Origin: a bacterium
Lineage (GTDB): Bacteria > 4484-113 > JAFGCY01
Direction: 5' to 3'
Assembly (NCBI GenBank): GCA_016932385.1
Contig: JAFGCY010000011.1
Coordinates: forward strand, 20,267-84,266
Length of the DNA: 64,000 nucleotides
Positions 43,287 through 53,968 of this stretch are shown here, one piece after another. The notes under the pieces are model-generated. The model was given only the letters and a program-made list of their open reading frames with translations. It was not told where the DNA came from and did no database searches. The stretch's first letter is position 1. Each line of letters starts with the position of its first letter. A program made the position numbers and the translations under genes.

Positions 43287-45716
43287 CTACTCGCCCGACC
43301 GCCCATCCAGCCATTGATAGACCTTGTAGTAGCGATAGACCTTTTTGCCAAAGGTTTCGTTTTCCTCGTTGGGAATCAACTCGGTCAGCAGCGTATCATC
43401 GGTTTGATATCGATCCCGCCACTTGCGAAAATTTCCATCGCCCCCGTTATAGGCATGGATGATCGCCCGTAGCTGGCCGGCGCCGAAGATCTCGACCAGA
43501 TTGGCAATATAGGCCGCACCAAGCCGGATGTTAGTCCGCGGTTCGGAGATATCACCACCGCCGATGCCCATGTTGTACTTGCCGTCCAGCCAACGGGCGG
43601 TGGCGGGCATGACCTGCATCAAGCCGACGGCCCCGACACTGCTGACGTCATCCGGGCGGAAGTTGCTTTCTTTCTTCATCATCGCCCAGATCAACGGGGC
43701 CGGCACATTGAACTCCGCCGCTGCGTTTCGGACTTCATCGGCAAAGGCCCGCGGATAAGCCAGCGGGATGGCATAGTCCAGTAAGGCCCGTTCGGTAATC
43801 CGGCCGCTTTCCAGCAACTCCGTAGCTTCCCACTGCACAATGTGCATCGGATCAAGCTGGTCCTGGCTGGCCAGAGACATGTACAACAAGATCTGGTTGT
43901 CTGGATCACCTTCGCCGGCCAGACTTTCACTTGCGCTATCAATCAGGCCCAGTCCGGCCAGATACTCACCGGCCCGACCGGCGTGCGCCAGCACCGTGGG
44001 ATTGACAGCCAAGTCAGCCTGTGGGTCATCGCTGCTGATCAGCTCGTAATAATTCCAATAACGGACGCGGATCTCGCCCAAGGCCTCATCCGCTACCGTT
44101 TGCCGGCCGGCCTGCCGGGCCAGGTAGCCCTGCCAGAACAGCGCGACTTCACCGAGTTGCTCGCCTGTCCGCCGGTCGTCTGCATCTGCCACGTTTTTGA
44201 CAATCTCAAGATCCAGGATCCAGTCGACTAGCTGTTGCGCCTGACCAGTCTCACCGCGGTAAATCAGCAACGGAATCAGCTCTTCAATGGCTTGGGGCAC
44301 ATCCGGGCTGTCCGGGAATTCCTCCACCACCTGGGCCAGCAGTTCGACCGAGCGCGCCAGATCGAGCGGCTCCTGGACGTGTTTGAGGATGGCATACGAC
44401 CTGTACAGCGCTTCGCCGGCCCGCGCGGAGCTCAGTCTCTGGCAGGACCGGTAATACTCCAGCGCCCGGTTCCATTGCTGCTCGCTTTCCAGCATCTGGG
44501 CATACTGGAAGTAGATCTCACCCAGGTTGGGGTCCGACAGGTCGCGCAAGTTGGCATCCGCCATCAATTCACGCATCGCCGTGGAGTTCCGCTCCGCGCG
44601 GTAACAAATGGCCATTCCGACGCGCAGTTCTTCCCAGGAGCTGCGGTCATTGGCCGCCAGATGCGGCTTGAGCCCGTCCAGCAGGCCGGCGCAATGCGCG
44701 GCGAAGCTGCGGCGGGCGCTGCATTCCGCCAGGGCGCGAAAGACACCCGGTTGCAGCTCTAATACGATTCCGCCCTGGCTGTCGAGCCCCCAGACGGCCT
44801 CTTCTTCCAGCAAGCTGTTCAGCAATGTCATCATCAGCTGGCCGGGGCTCTCCGCGGCTTGCGAGAACGGGTCGACCATCAGCGCATCCTGGGCCATCTC
44901 CCAGGCTTCGTCCATCCGGCTCTGCTCGTAGTAGTAATTGGCGAATTCGGTGAAGGCTTTCTGCAGAGCCCAACCGGGGGGCTGGTTGGCCAGCGCCACA
45001 AGTTGCCCGGCCGCCGCCTGTTCGCCATTACCGGTATAAGCGTCGCTGAGATACCAAGCGATCAGGTTGTAACGTGCCTTGCCGACCAACTCGCTGTCTG
45101 GTGCGCTGCTGATCACCTGTTCGAACAGCCCAACGAGTTTTTCGCGCTCTTCCTCCCCGCCGGCCAACCGGCAGCTGCGTGCCAGGTAATACTGGTAATA
45201 GGGCTTGAGCACGGGAGCGATCAGGCGGTCGTCGATCGCGGCGAAGTTGTTATGTGCACTGGCCCAGTCCCCGCGCAACGCATATTGGTAACCTTCCAGA
45301 TATAAAAACGCCTGACCGACAGGCAGCTCCGCCACGGCCTTCACCGTTGGGTCGGAATGCAGCGCATACACCTCGCCACGGTCCGCCGCTTCCTGACTCA
45401 ACCGCACAGCGTCGCGCAACTCGCCGAGCCGCCCGGCGTATTCGCCGGTCGACTTCACGCCATACAAGTCACTCAGGTAAGCTGCGCGGCCCAGATTGCC
45501 CATCAGCACCTGGATATTCAGGTAGTCCGCCAGCATCGCTTCGTTATCCGGGTGGGCCAGCGCTCGCGCTTCGTAGTCACGCGCCGCCGACTGGAACAAC
45601 CCGTACTGCAGCTTCTGCTCGGGCGTCAGCAACTGCTCCCAGAACAGGGCGATAATGGCGGCGACAACGGCCACGGCCAGGATCAACACGGTCAGGACTG
45701 TTTTTATTTTGCGCAC
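43287..45716 (-). CDS. Soluble lytic murein transglycosylase (Slt70-like)
   Basis: N-terminal TM/signal, a long TPR-like superhelical region, and a C-terminal SLT domain (MMKKESNFRPDDVSSVGAVGLMQVMPATA ... AYNGG). Confidence 0.85.
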   Translation of the reverse strand: MRKIKTVLTVLILAVAVVAAIIALFWEQLLTPEQKLQYGLFQSAARDYEARALAHPDNEAMLADYLNIQVLMGNLGRAAYLSDLYGVKSTGEYAGRLGELRDAVRLSQEAADRGEVYALHSDPTVKAVAELPVGQAFLYLEGYQYALRGDWASAHNNFAAIDDRLIAPVLKPYYQYYLARSCRLAGGEEEREKLVGLFEQVISSAPDSELVGKARYNLIAWYLSDAYTGNGEQAAAGQLVALANQPPGWALQKAFTEFANYYYEQSRMDEAWEMAQDALMVDPFSQAAESPGQLMMTLLNSLLEEEAVWGLDSQGGIVLELQPGVFRALAECSARRSFAAHCAGLLDGLKPHLAANDRSSWEELRVGMAICYRAERNSTAMRELMADANLRDLSDPNLGEIYFQYAQMLESEQQWNRALEYYRSCQRLSSARAGEALYRSYAILKHVQEPLDLARSVELLAQVVEEFPDSPDVPQAIEELIPLLIYRGETGQAQQLVDWILDLEIVKNVADADDRRTGEQLGEVALFWQGYLARQAGRQTVADEALGEIRVRYWNYYELISSDDPQADLAVNPTVLAHAGRAGEYLAGLGLIDSASESLAGEGDPDNQILLYMSLASQDQLDPMHIVQWEATELLESGRITERALLDYAIPLAYPRAFADEVRNAAAEFNVPAPLIWAMMKKESNFRPDDVSSVGAVGLMQVMPATARWLDGKYNMGIGGGDISEPRTNIRLGAAYIANLVEIFGAGQLRAIIHAYNGGDGNFRKWRDRYQTDDTLLTELIPNEENETFGKKVYRYYKVYQWLDGRSGE

Positions 45717-45757
45717 AGGCTAATCATTGTATCGGCCGCGGTATCCGGCCAGACAAA

Positions 45758-46906
45758 CTACAGCGTACGGTATTTCAGATTGATTCCGGCCGCGGCCAGG
45801 CCGGCAATGACCCCTGGGTAGACGCCGGTTTCCGCCACCAGCTGCTCGGGGAAAATAACCCCGCTCCGCGCCCGCAGGCTGCTGTTGCCGGCGGCCAGCT
45901 CACGGGCCACCAGGATCGCCGGCCAGCCCGTCGTACGCGCCATCGAGAAATCGCCGGTGACGGGATCGGTCCGGTCCAGCAGCTCGCAGCGTAGCGTGCA
46001 GGGCCGCCCCGCCGACTGACCGGTAACCTCCACACGCATGATCGTGAACTCCAGCATGCCGTGCTCCAGCTGCCAGGCGTCGATCAACAGGCGTGAGGTC
46101 AGTTCGATCGGCGCGATCTCACCGCCGGTCAGCCGCAGTTTTTCTTCGCTGAAGAATCCCAATTCCTTCAGGAGCAGCACGCGCTCCGCGTGGCCGGGAT
46201 AACGCAGAGTCTTCTCTGACAGGTTCGGCAGTTCCAGCGTATGCAGCAGGCTGCGCAGACCGTCGGTGTTGAAGGCCTCCAGCGTGCCCAGCTCGGCGAA
46301 ATGAACCAATTCCACGTCGCTGAGCGCCGGCCGCACGACCAGCTCACCGCCTTGGCGCAACCGGGCCGGCCGCGTGTACTCCTCGATCACGTCAATCGGC
46401 GAGAAGGGCGCGCGGTACTCCAGCGGCCACCGGCGCTCCACCGGTAATCCGCCGACCATGATGCTGGCTGAATCCGCGTCTTCCAGCTTGCCGGCCAACT
46501 CAGCCGCCAGCATCCCGCCCAAGCCCGGCATCACGCCGCAATCGACGATTGCCGGAACGCCCTGCCGACGAGCCAGTTCGTCAAGTTCACGGACGTCCTC
46601 GGGGAAAAAGCTGATATCCACGCAAGGCTTGCCGGTCCGGATCACGGCCTCCAGCGCCTGATAGCCCAGGTTGCCCGGCAGGGCGCCGACCACGATGTCA
46701 GCGGTGGTAACGGCCTTAGCTACGGCTTCCGGGTCACGCAGGTCCGCTCCGCAGATGTTGACCGGCGCCAAGGCCGCCGCGCGCTTGAGAGCCTGTTTAT
46801 CGCGATCGACCAAGGTGACAGCAGCCGCTTCGCCTTCGGCCAGCTGGCGGGCGATGAACGATCCAACCAGTCCTCCACCGAGGACAACAAAATGCGTGGT
46901 GACCAT
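45758..46906 (-). CDS. Saccharopine dehydrogenase-family NAD(P)-binding oxidoreductase
   Basis: N-terminal Rossmann GxGxxG (FVVLGGGLVGSFIA). The ~380-aa two-domain layout is typical of the family. Substrate unknown. Confidence 0.6.
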   Translation of the reverse strand: MVTTHFVVLGGGLVGSFIARQLAEGEAAAVTLVDRDKQALKRAAALAPVNICGADLRDPEAVAKAVTTADIVVGALPGNLGYQALEAVIRTGKPCVDISFFPEDVRELDELARRQGVPAIVDCGVMPGLGGMLAAELAGKLEDADSASIMVGGLPVERRWPLEYRAPFSPIDVIEEYTRPARLRQGGELVVRPALSDVELVHFAELGTLEAFNTDGLRSLLHTLELPNLSEKTLRYPGHAERVLLLKELGFFSEEKLRLTGGEIAPIELTSRLLIDAWQLEHGMLEFTIMRVEVTGQSAGRPCTLRCELLDRTDPVTGDFSMARTTGWPAILVARELAAGNSSLRARSGVIFPEQLVAETGVYPGVIAGLAAAGINLKYRTL

Positions 46907-46933
46907 CGCTTAATTATGCCAGCCTGCGCGGTA

Positions 46934-47968
46934 TCAGTTAACCAGTTGCTGCATCACGCGCTGGACTATCTCTCCGGCTTGCCGGCATTGATCCGCCGAT
47001 ACGTCCAGGTGCGTGACCGCCCGGATCTTGCGTTCGCCCATGCTGAGTACCAGCACCCCTTCGGCGATCAGGTCATCGACGATCTGCTGGGCCAGGATGG
47101 TATGGTCCAGCACGTCGATCACCACAATATTGGTATCCGGCCAGATACAGCTTAGTCCCGGCGCTTCGTTCACAAGCTTGGTGAACAACTGGGCGTTGGC
47201 ATGATCCTCCACCAGACGTTCGCGGTTGTGCTCCAGCGCGTAAAGGGCGCCGGCGGCAATGATCCCGACCTGGCGCATCTGTCCGCCCAGCATTTTACGG
47301 AAGAAGCGCGCATCATCGATAAACGCGCGCGAACCGGCCAGGGCACTGCCGACCGGCGCGCCCAGCCCCTTGCTGAAGCAGACCGTCACGGATTCGACCT
47401 GGCTGGCCCAGCGCGATGGGGGAGTGCCGGTGGCGGCGCAGACATTCCAGAGCCGCGCACCGTCCAGGTGCACGCTCAGTTCGTGATCGCGGCAGAACAC
47501 GCAAACGTTTTCATACTGGTCCTGGGGCCAGACCACACCGCCGCAGCGGTTGTGCGTGTTCTCGATCACAACGATCCGGTTGCGACTATGGTGAATGTTG
47601 CGCGGCTGTAGCAGGTCGGCGACGTCCGCCGCGGCGAAGGTGCCGTCGGGCGTGTCGATAAACCGCGGGGCCAGCCCGCTGACGGCGGAGGGCGCGCCGG
47701 ATTCGTACTCGAAGATATGCGAACTGGCGTGGGCGATCACGCTGTCACCGGCCCGGCCGAGGACGCGCAGGCCCAGCTGGTTCGCCATGTGCCCGCTGGG
47801 CACAAAGAGCGCGGCTTCCGTTCCCAGCAGTTCCGCCGTGTGTTCCTCGAGCCTGATTACCGTGGGGTCTTCCAGGAACACGTCGTCGCCGACTTCGGCG
47901 GTTGCGATCGCCTGGCGCATGGCGGGGCTGGGCTTGGTAACGGTGTCGCTGCGCAAATCAATGGCCAT
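46934..47968 (-). CDS. ltaE: Low-specificity L-threonine aldolase
   Basis: MAIDLRSDTVTKPS, HMANQL, and the PLP-lysine context VCFSKGLGAPVGS. Confidence 0.85.
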   Translation of the reverse strand: MAIDLRSDTVTKPSPAMRQAIATAEVGDDVFLEDPTVIRLEEHTAELLGTEAALFVPSGHMANQLGLRVLGRAGDSVIAHASSHIFEYESGAPSAVSGLAPRFIDTPDGTFAAADVADLLQPRNIHHSRNRIVVIENTHNRCGGVVWPQDQYENVCVFCRDHELSVHLDGARLWNVCAATGTPPSRWASQVESVTVCFSKGLGAPVGSALAGSRAFIDDARFFRKMLGGQMRQVGIIAAGALYALEHNRERLVEDHANAQLFTKLVNEAPGLSCIWPDTNIVVIDVLDHTILAQQIVDDLIAEGVLVLSMGERKIRAVTHLDVSADQCRQAGEIVQRVMQQLVN

Positions 47969-48044
47969 TGCTGCTCCTGGGCGTGCCGGTGGCGTGGTAA
48001 TTCCGGCCGAGTTGATTGTCAGCTAAATTATACCGGCGTCCGTA

Positions 48045-49268
48045 TTATCCGCTCGATCCGCTGCCGATTTCCTGCCAGGCCCCGCCCGTGAAGCTTACGA
48101 CATAGCGGCTGCCGTCTTGCGCATTGAACACGGCCCAGGGCAGGCCCCCCACCAGGCCCAGCGTCACATCCTGGCTGAAATCGATGTGATGCGGCAGTGT
48201 TTCCACCCACCAGCCGCCACCAGCCTCGTAAGCCGCCGCGATCCGGTCGCCCTGCCTGAACAACACAACTAGTCCTTCACCGGGCATATACGCCGCAAAA
48301 CCGCCCAGCTGGGCATCGGCCAGCGGACTGACTTCCTGGCCGGGACCTGTTTCCGGCGCGCAGTACAGTCCCTCGCCATCCAGATAAAAGCGCACAACCC
48401 CTGCGGGCGTTTCCAGAAGCACTTGGTCGTAAAACCGCTTGCCGAATGCATATTGCCCAGGCTCGCTGGGTAGCGCCTGCTGCGGTGCCGGAGTCTGGCT
48501 GGGCTGCACTTGCGGTTTGGGCGCCACGGGAGCGACCGGTTGATCGTACTGGATGTGGTAGACATCACCCTCGTAGACGTTGATTTCATCGGCATGGACC
48601 GCGTTGGACTGGTAGTCGCGCAGGCTGGGATCGTAGGCCGGCACCTGCTGATAGACCACCGCTCCGGTATAGCCGTACTCGGGGCAAGCCGGCGCCGTAT
48701 AGACGGGGCGCGTGTAATACGGAGCGTAACCGTAACTGTAATGGTAGACGGTCGGCCGCTGGTAACCTCGGTGGTTGTAGCGCGGTCCGGTTACGTAGTT
48801 CGGGCGGCTGCGAATGCCGACCGGATAGCCGTCCTCGTCGACGATGTAATCCCCGTAGAGCTCGGGCGGGGCGTATTGCGAGCGTGGTTGATAGATCTTG
48901 AAACCGGGGCGGTCGGCGGGATGCGAGGGTACGAGCGGCTGCATCGGTTCGATGATCGATTCCATCGGCTTGATGATCGACTGGTAGCCGGGATTGCGCC
49001 GCGACGTCCGCGGACGGTAGTAGTCCGTCGCCGGCGTGGTGGTGTAATACCCCGCCCAATCATCGCTGGTGATCCCCAACTGGAAGGTCGGCTGATAGGC
49101 GTAGGGATAGCTGGTGTAGTTGTAGCCGTTCCAGTAGTACACCGGCCCGTCGCCGTAGCAGTCCGTATAGTTGCCGTTGCCGATTTCCAGGCGAACCGAG
49201 AAATCTGCATCCGCCCAGGCGGCGGTGGCAAATAAGAGCATCGCAATCGCGGCCAATAACACCCGCAT
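48045..49268 (-). CDS. Secreted Tyr/Pro-rich protein, hypothetical
   Basis: Signal peptide (MRVLLAAIAMLLFATAAWA). A central ~200 aa is dominated by Y, P, R and G (YNYTSYPYAYQP, YHYSYGYAPYYTRPVYTAP). Confidence 0.6.
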   Translation of the reverse strand: MRVLLAAIAMLLFATAAWADADFSVRLEIGNGNYTDCYGDGPVYYWNGYNYTSYPYAYQPTFQLGITSDDWAGYYTTTPATDYYRPRTSRRNPGYQSIIKPMESIIEPMQPLVPSHPADRPGFKIYQPRSQYAPPELYGDYIVDEDGYPVGIRSRPNYVTGPRYNHRGYQRPTVYHYSYGYAPYYTRPVYTAPACPEYGYTGAVVYQQVPAYDPSLRDYQSNAVHADEINVYEGDVYHIQYDQPVAPVAPKPQVQPSQTPAPQQALPSEPGQYAFGKRFYDQVLLETPAGVVRFYLDGEGLYCAPETGPGQEVSPLADAQLGGFAAYMPGEGLVVLFRQGDRIAAAYEAGGGWWVETLPHHIDFSQDVTLGLVGGLPWAVFNAQDGSRYVVSFTGGAWQEIGSGSSG

Positions 49269-49342
49269 GCTTCACCCCGTGGGCGCGCGCGATCTCGCGG
49301 CGCACGCCTATAAATAAGACTACCAAAGCCCCGAGATGTTCG

Positions 49343-50815
49343 CTACCGACCCTTGGTACTAGACGCAACCATGGCCCGGGCCTCGGCCTCGCCGTCGGAC
49401 ACGCTGTCGATCGCCTGGCGGTCGATATACCAACGCGCCTTGCCGGACGAGGAGCGTTCCAGTTCGTCCACTTTAACCAAGCGGCAGGCCGCGCCCTCCG
49501 TTTTCTTGGTTAAAAGCGCCAGAATGCGATCGCGATCAGCCTGAGCCAGCTGGCGGCCCACGTAGCGCAGCTCGAATTCTTCCAGGCCGTGCCGGATTGT
49601 CTGGAAGCTGTGGATCGCCGGATAGCTCATCGTGACGGTCGAGAAGAAATGCGGTGTAAACCGATGGCCGCTTTTGAGCGTGATCAGATCCGGCGGCCGG
49701 CCGATCAGGTCCGGCAGGTAGTACCCGCTGCGCCCGCATTCACACTCGCACCAGTCCAGCGAGCCGAAGTCGCCCAGCTGATAGCGGATGAACGGCGTGA
49801 CGTGGTTGAACAGGTCGGTTAACAGTAGGCTGCCGCTGGTGCCGGCGGGCACCGGCTCCAGGGTGGCCGGGTCGACGACCTCGACGAGATAGCGCGAGTT
49901 CACGTGCCGCCGGCCGGACTCGCACTCCGCGGCGATGCTGGCCATCTCGCGGCTGCCGTAGAAATCGCGCAATGGTACGTTGAACTGAGCCTCGAACCGC
50001 GCCGGCAGGTGTTTGTGCAACGCCTCCGCCGTACCCCAGGCCGCGGCGACGATGCCTCGTTCCAATACGATGCCCCGGTCGCGCATGTAGTTAGCGCACT
50101 GCAGCAGCAGATTGGGAAAGCCGTAGACACTGCAGCCGGGATCGGCGCGCACGGCGGCCAGGAATTCTTCGAACTCCGCCGGACCGGGGCTGTAGCGGCC
50201 ATGGAGCTGGACCATCTTCAGCTGTTGGCGGAAGCCGCCGGGCTTGCCGTAGTCCACGCCCAACTCGTGGGGATTGCTCCACAGGCAATGGCAGGTCTGG
50301 CCCGGCCGCCAGCCCAGGACGTCCTGCATCGCCAGCAGCATGCCGTAGCCGTAATCGTCCACGCGCCGGTCGCGGTAATGATGCACGGGTTCACCCGACC
50401 AGCCGCCGGTGCCCTTGACGACCAGGTCATCCCGCCCGGCGTAATGCGCGCGCATCCTCTCGAACAGCTCGACGGCCCGGGCGCGCGTCAGCACGGGATG
50501 CGCCGCGAGACCGGCCAGGCTGTCCAGCTTGCTTAAACACCGGGCCTCAGCGCCAGCCAACAGGCCACTGACTTCAAAGCCCTGAACCAAGCCCGCCAGC
50601 CGTTTGAGCGCGCGGGCTTCCAAATCCCGGCGCGACAGCCGCCAGCCTTGCCGGGTCCATTGATAACCCTGGCGGACGCGCGGATTGCCGAAGTACTTGG
50701 CGGTCACAACCAGCCGGCGCAATACTCGGGGTAATGAACCTGGCAGTTTACCGGATTTAACGCTGAACCCGTGCTCCTTGGTGCTGGCCATGGCCTCTCG
50801 AAACGCCTGGCTCAA
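49343..50815 (-). CDS. Adenylate-forming enzyme, CapK/phenylacetate-CoA ligase-like (tentative)
   Basis: 490 aa. The overall pattern recalls the PaaK/CapK family (GTGGWSGEP in place of the SSGTTG loop, YGSREM, DLFNHVTPFIRYQLGD, C-terminal SSSGKARW). Confidence 0.55.
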   Translation of the reverse strand: MSQAFREAMASTKEHGFSVKSGKLPGSLPRVLRRLVVTAKYFGNPRVRQGYQWTRQGWRLSRRDLEARALKRLAGLVQGFEVSGLLAGAEARCLSKLDSLAGLAAHPVLTRARAVELFERMRAHYAGRDDLVVKGTGGWSGEPVHHYRDRRVDDYGYGMLLAMQDVLGWRPGQTCHCLWSNPHELGVDYGKPGGFRQQLKMVQLHGRYSPGPAEFEEFLAAVRADPGCSVYGFPNLLLQCANYMRDRGIVLERGIVAAAWGTAEALHKHLPARFEAQFNVPLRDFYGSREMASIAAECESGRRHVNSRYLVEVVDPATLEPVPAGTSGSLLLTDLFNHVTPFIRYQLGDFGSLDWCECECGRSGYYLPDLIGRPPDLITLKSGHRFTPHFFSTVTMSYPAIHSFQTIRHGLEEFELRYVGRQLAQADRDRILALLTKKTEGAACRLVKVDELERSSSGKARWYIDRQAIDSVSDGEAEARAMVASSTKGR

Positions 50816-50867
50816 GTTTATCGCCGCTAAATACAGCTAAATCGTAGCATTCGATCCGGCCATGCGT

Positions 50868-52250
50868 TTAGGGCTTGGTATCTTCCGCCGCCGTGTTGCA
50901 ATAAACGTAGATCGTGCTGTCCGGCCCCACTGCGATCAATGGCCGGCCCTGGAAGTAGGTCTCGGTGCCGATGACTTCCTCTTCCCACAGAATTTCACCC
51001 GTGCTGCCCAGCACGCCGATCGATCCATACCGCACGAAACAGATCGGCCCGGCCGGCGCCCGAATCACCTGCCTGATCCCCTTGGATTCGAACCGCCATT
51101 GCTCTTTGCCCTCGGCATCGAAATAACAGATGTGGTGATCGATTCCCTGGGTAGTGGAATACCGCAATACCACCGCGCCATCCGCGCCATCCGGACCGGC
51201 CACCTGCCCGTAATTCCACAGCCCTTCCGGCAACCGGTAGCGCCAGGTTTCGTGGCCGTCCGCGTCGAGATGCAAGCAGTAGTCGATGGTGGTCTCTCCT
51301 TGGTCTTCCCAGGCGGAGATGAACATACCGTTGTCAGCTGTATAAGAGCTTGGAGCGGAGACACGCTGGCCCGCCGGGGCGAACCGCCAAAGCTCCCGCC
51401 CATCGGCATCCAGGGCCAGCAGGTAATCATCATCGCGAACGATTAAATACCCCGCCGGAGACCAACTCAAATCAGGGTAATATTCGCTGGGAGCTATCTG
51501 CTGCTGCCAGACCTGTTCGCCGTTCAGGTTCAGGCGCCTGAGGAAGCCGTCATCCGTGACGACGTAGATCGAGTTCCCGCCGATCAGCCACTGCCAGATG
51601 GCCGTATGCTGGTAGAGGCAAATGTTCTCGCCAGCGCGGTTGAAACCAACGACGATGTCCAGGGCGAACATGCTGTGCTCGTGAATGTAATAAACATCCC
51701 CCGCCGGCGAGAACTGCAGCTCGACCTTGGTGCTGTACGGCGTGAATGGGCTAAATCCCTCCAGCTGCAACTGCTCGTAGACAACGCCGTCCCAGTCGAG
51801 CGAATACAAATGCCCCACGCGGCAATCCGGCTGCCCGGTTTCGGGATAGACCACGCAGGTCACGTGCCGCGTTTGGTCGAGAAACGTCTGTTCGATCCGG
51901 CCCTTCCCCTGCCAGGGACTTACGGAGTAATTGATGACCGACATCCAATCGTCGGGTTTGAAAACCCAGCTAATGTCCCCCTGCGGATCCACCGCGGCCA
52001 CCACGCCCTGGCCAGCCGGCTCGTCGATCAGGTAGCCCGTCAGAACGACCTCGCCCCAGGGGGCCACCTCCAGCTCGCGGTAATCGGCCTCGCCCAGGTT
52101 CAGCTCCCAGCTTAGCTGCCCGTCCAGGTTATAGGCCGCCAGAAAACTGCTTGTTTCCACTTCGGTTGCCGGCACGTCACGCAAGGGCCGGTTGCAGCCT
52201 GCCACCATCCCCAGAACTCCCAGCAATGATACGATAAGTAAACGACGCAT
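50868..52250 (-). CDS. Lipoprotein with PQQ/BamB-like beta-propeller repeats
   Basis: Lipobox LGMVAGC. At least seven recurrences of the D/N-x-x-G-x-x-x-W motif (NLDGQLSWEL, DPQGDISWVF, NLNGEQVWQQ, DADGRELWRF, DADGHETWRY, DAEGKEQWRF, GSTGEILWEE). Confidence 0.7.
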   Translation of the reverse strand: MRRLLIVSLLGVLGMVAGCNRPLRDVPATEVETSSFLAAYNLDGQLSWELNLGEADYRELEVAPWGEVVLTGYLIDEPAGQGVVAAVDPQGDISWVFKPDDWMSVINYSVSPWQGKGRIEQTFLDQTRHVTCVVYPETGQPDCRVGHLYSLDWDGVVYEQLQLEGFSPFTPYSTKVELQFSPAGDVYYIHEHSMFALDIVVGFNRAGENICLYQHTAIWQWLIGGNSIYVVTDDGFLRRLNLNGEQVWQQQIAPSEYYPDLSWSPAGYLIVRDDDYLLALDADGRELWRFAPAGQRVSAPSSYTADNGMFISAWEDQGETTIDYCLHLDADGHETWRYRLPEGLWNYGQVAGPDGADGAVVLRYSTTQGIDHHICYFDAEGKEQWRFESKGIRQVIRAPAGPICFVRYGSIGVLGSTGEILWEEEVIGTETYFQGRPLIAVGPDSTIYVYCNTAAEDTKP

Positions 52251-52561
52251 ATAGCTAGTTTAAACCCTGCTCCAGCCTGGCGTAATATCTGCAATGGCTA
52301 GTATTAATACGGGTTAAAGGTGTTTCCGTAACATGCGATATCTGTTATGATTTATTGATGCGGGGCGCCTGCGTACAATTTCACCAGACCAGTTGGATAC
52401 AGCATTCGTTTATCCGGCGTGGCTGGCAACACGACAACCGCAATGCGTATAACCCCGACGATACTCCGATCAGACCGCAAAAGATCCCCGGCTAACTTCA
52501 GCGGATCGCTTTCACCGGCGGCGGCCGCCGCCCTGATATCCAGCCATAACAGGAGTTAGCC

Positions 52562-53887
52562 ATGTTTGACCATCTATTTAAAACCGAACTGACGCCCGAA
52601 GAAGAGCAGCAGATCATCGAAACGACGCTGAAAAACTACAGCGAGCATCTCAATCCCGGCTTCGTCCAGATGAAGCGCAGCGCCAAGTCCGACGCCCACG
52701 GCGTGGAATGGCGCGGCGAGGGCGTCTGGATGTACAACATCCACGGCCACCGGTTCCTGGACTGCCTGGGCGGCTACGGCGTGTTCGCGCTGGGCCACCG
52801 CCACCCGCACGTGATCAAGCGCGTGAAGCAGACGATGGAGCGCATCGGCCTGTACAGCCAGGAGCTTTTAAACCCGTTGCAGGCCGTCTTAGCCAAGGAG
52901 ATCGCCGATCGCGCGCCGGGCGACCTGAAGTACGTCTACTACCACTGCGGCGGGGCCGAGACCAACGACGCCGCCTTCAAGCTGGCGCGCCTTACTACCG
53001 GCCGCCAGGTGCATGTGACCTTCACCAAGAGCTTCCACGGCAAGACCTTCGGCGCGCTGAGCGCCACCAACCGCCCGGTGCTGAAGAAAAAATTCCGCCC
53101 GCTCGTGCCGGGATTCTTTATGGCACCATACAACGACATTGACGCGCTCAAGGACTACATCACCGAGGAAGTCGCCAGCGTGATCGTCGAGCCGATCCAG
53201 GGCGAGGGCGGCATCAACGTCCCCGACCGCGAGTTCCTCAACGCGATCCGCCGGCTCTGCGACGAGACCGGCGCGCTGATGCATGTCGACGAAGTCCAGA
53301 GCGGCTGGGGCCGCACCGGCCACTATTTCTGCAGCGAGCATTTCGGCATCGAGCCCGACATCGTCAGCCTGGGCAAGGCGCTGGGCGGCGGCCTGGCCAC
53401 CCAATCAGCGTTTATCGCCAACGACCGCGCCTTCTATGGCCGGCATCTGTTGGGCCCGAACAACCCGGGTGCGACCGAGAATCCCTGGTGGTTCACCAAC
53501 ACCTTCGCCGGCAGCCAGCTCAGCTGCGCCGCCAGTCTGGCCTCGATCGAGGTCTACGAGCAGGAGCACCTGCTGGCCAAGGCGCGCGAGAAGGGCGAGT
53601 ACCTGAAAAGCCGCATCGCGGACCTCGTCGCCAAGCACCCGCGGACGCTCAAGGAGATCCGCGGTCTGGGACTGTGGCTCGGCCTGGAGTGCCAGACCGG
53701 CGAACTGGGCGCCAAGCTGGCTGACGAGTTGTTCGCACGTGACATCCTGGTAGCGCAGACGATCAACAACCCGGCCACGATCCGCATTCAGCCGCCGCTG
53801 ATTGTCGAGCAGGCCGAGCTGGACATTGTCCTCAACGGTATCGAGGACAGCGTCATCGCCTGCGAGAGTGTCGCCAAGGCGGTCTAG
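52562..53887 (+). CDS. Class III (omega) aminotransferase
   Basis: GGYGVFALGHRHP, DEVQSGWGRTG, and the PLP-lysine context VSLGKALGGG. Confidence 0.85.
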   Translation: MFDHLFKTELTPEEEQQIIETTLKNYSEHLNPGFVQMKRSAKSDAHGVEWRGEGVWMYNIHGHRFLDCLGGYGVFALGHRHPHVIKRVKQTMERIGLYSQELLNPLQAVLAKEIADRAPGDLKYVYYHCGGAETNDAAFKLARLTTGRQVHVTFTKSFHGKTFGALSATNRPVLKKKFRPLVPGFFMAPYNDIDALKDYITEEVASVIVEPIQGEGGINVPDREFLNAIRRLCDETGALMHVDEVQSGWGRTGHYFCSEHFGIEPDIVSLGKALGGGLATQSAFIANDRAFYGRHLLGPNNPGATENPWWFTNTFAGSQLSCAASLASIEVYEQEHLLAKAREKGEYLKSRIADLVAKHPRTLKEIRGLGLWLGLECQTGELGAKLADELFARDILVAQTINNPATIRIQPPLIVEQAELDIVLNGIEDSVIACESVAKAV

Positions 53888-53921
53888 CGGCAGGCCAGCG
53901 AAACGGCCGCAGATTGAAATG

Positions 53922-53953
53922 AAAAGGGCGGGCCACGGCCCGCCCTTGTTTTT
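53922..53953. terminator. Bidirectional rho-independent terminator
   Basis: GGGCGGGCC / GGCCCGCCC stem (53926-53945), preceded by GAAAA and followed by TTGTTTTT. It lies between convergent genes. Confidence 0.7.
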
Positions 53954-53968
53954 GCCTCGTAAGCCCGC

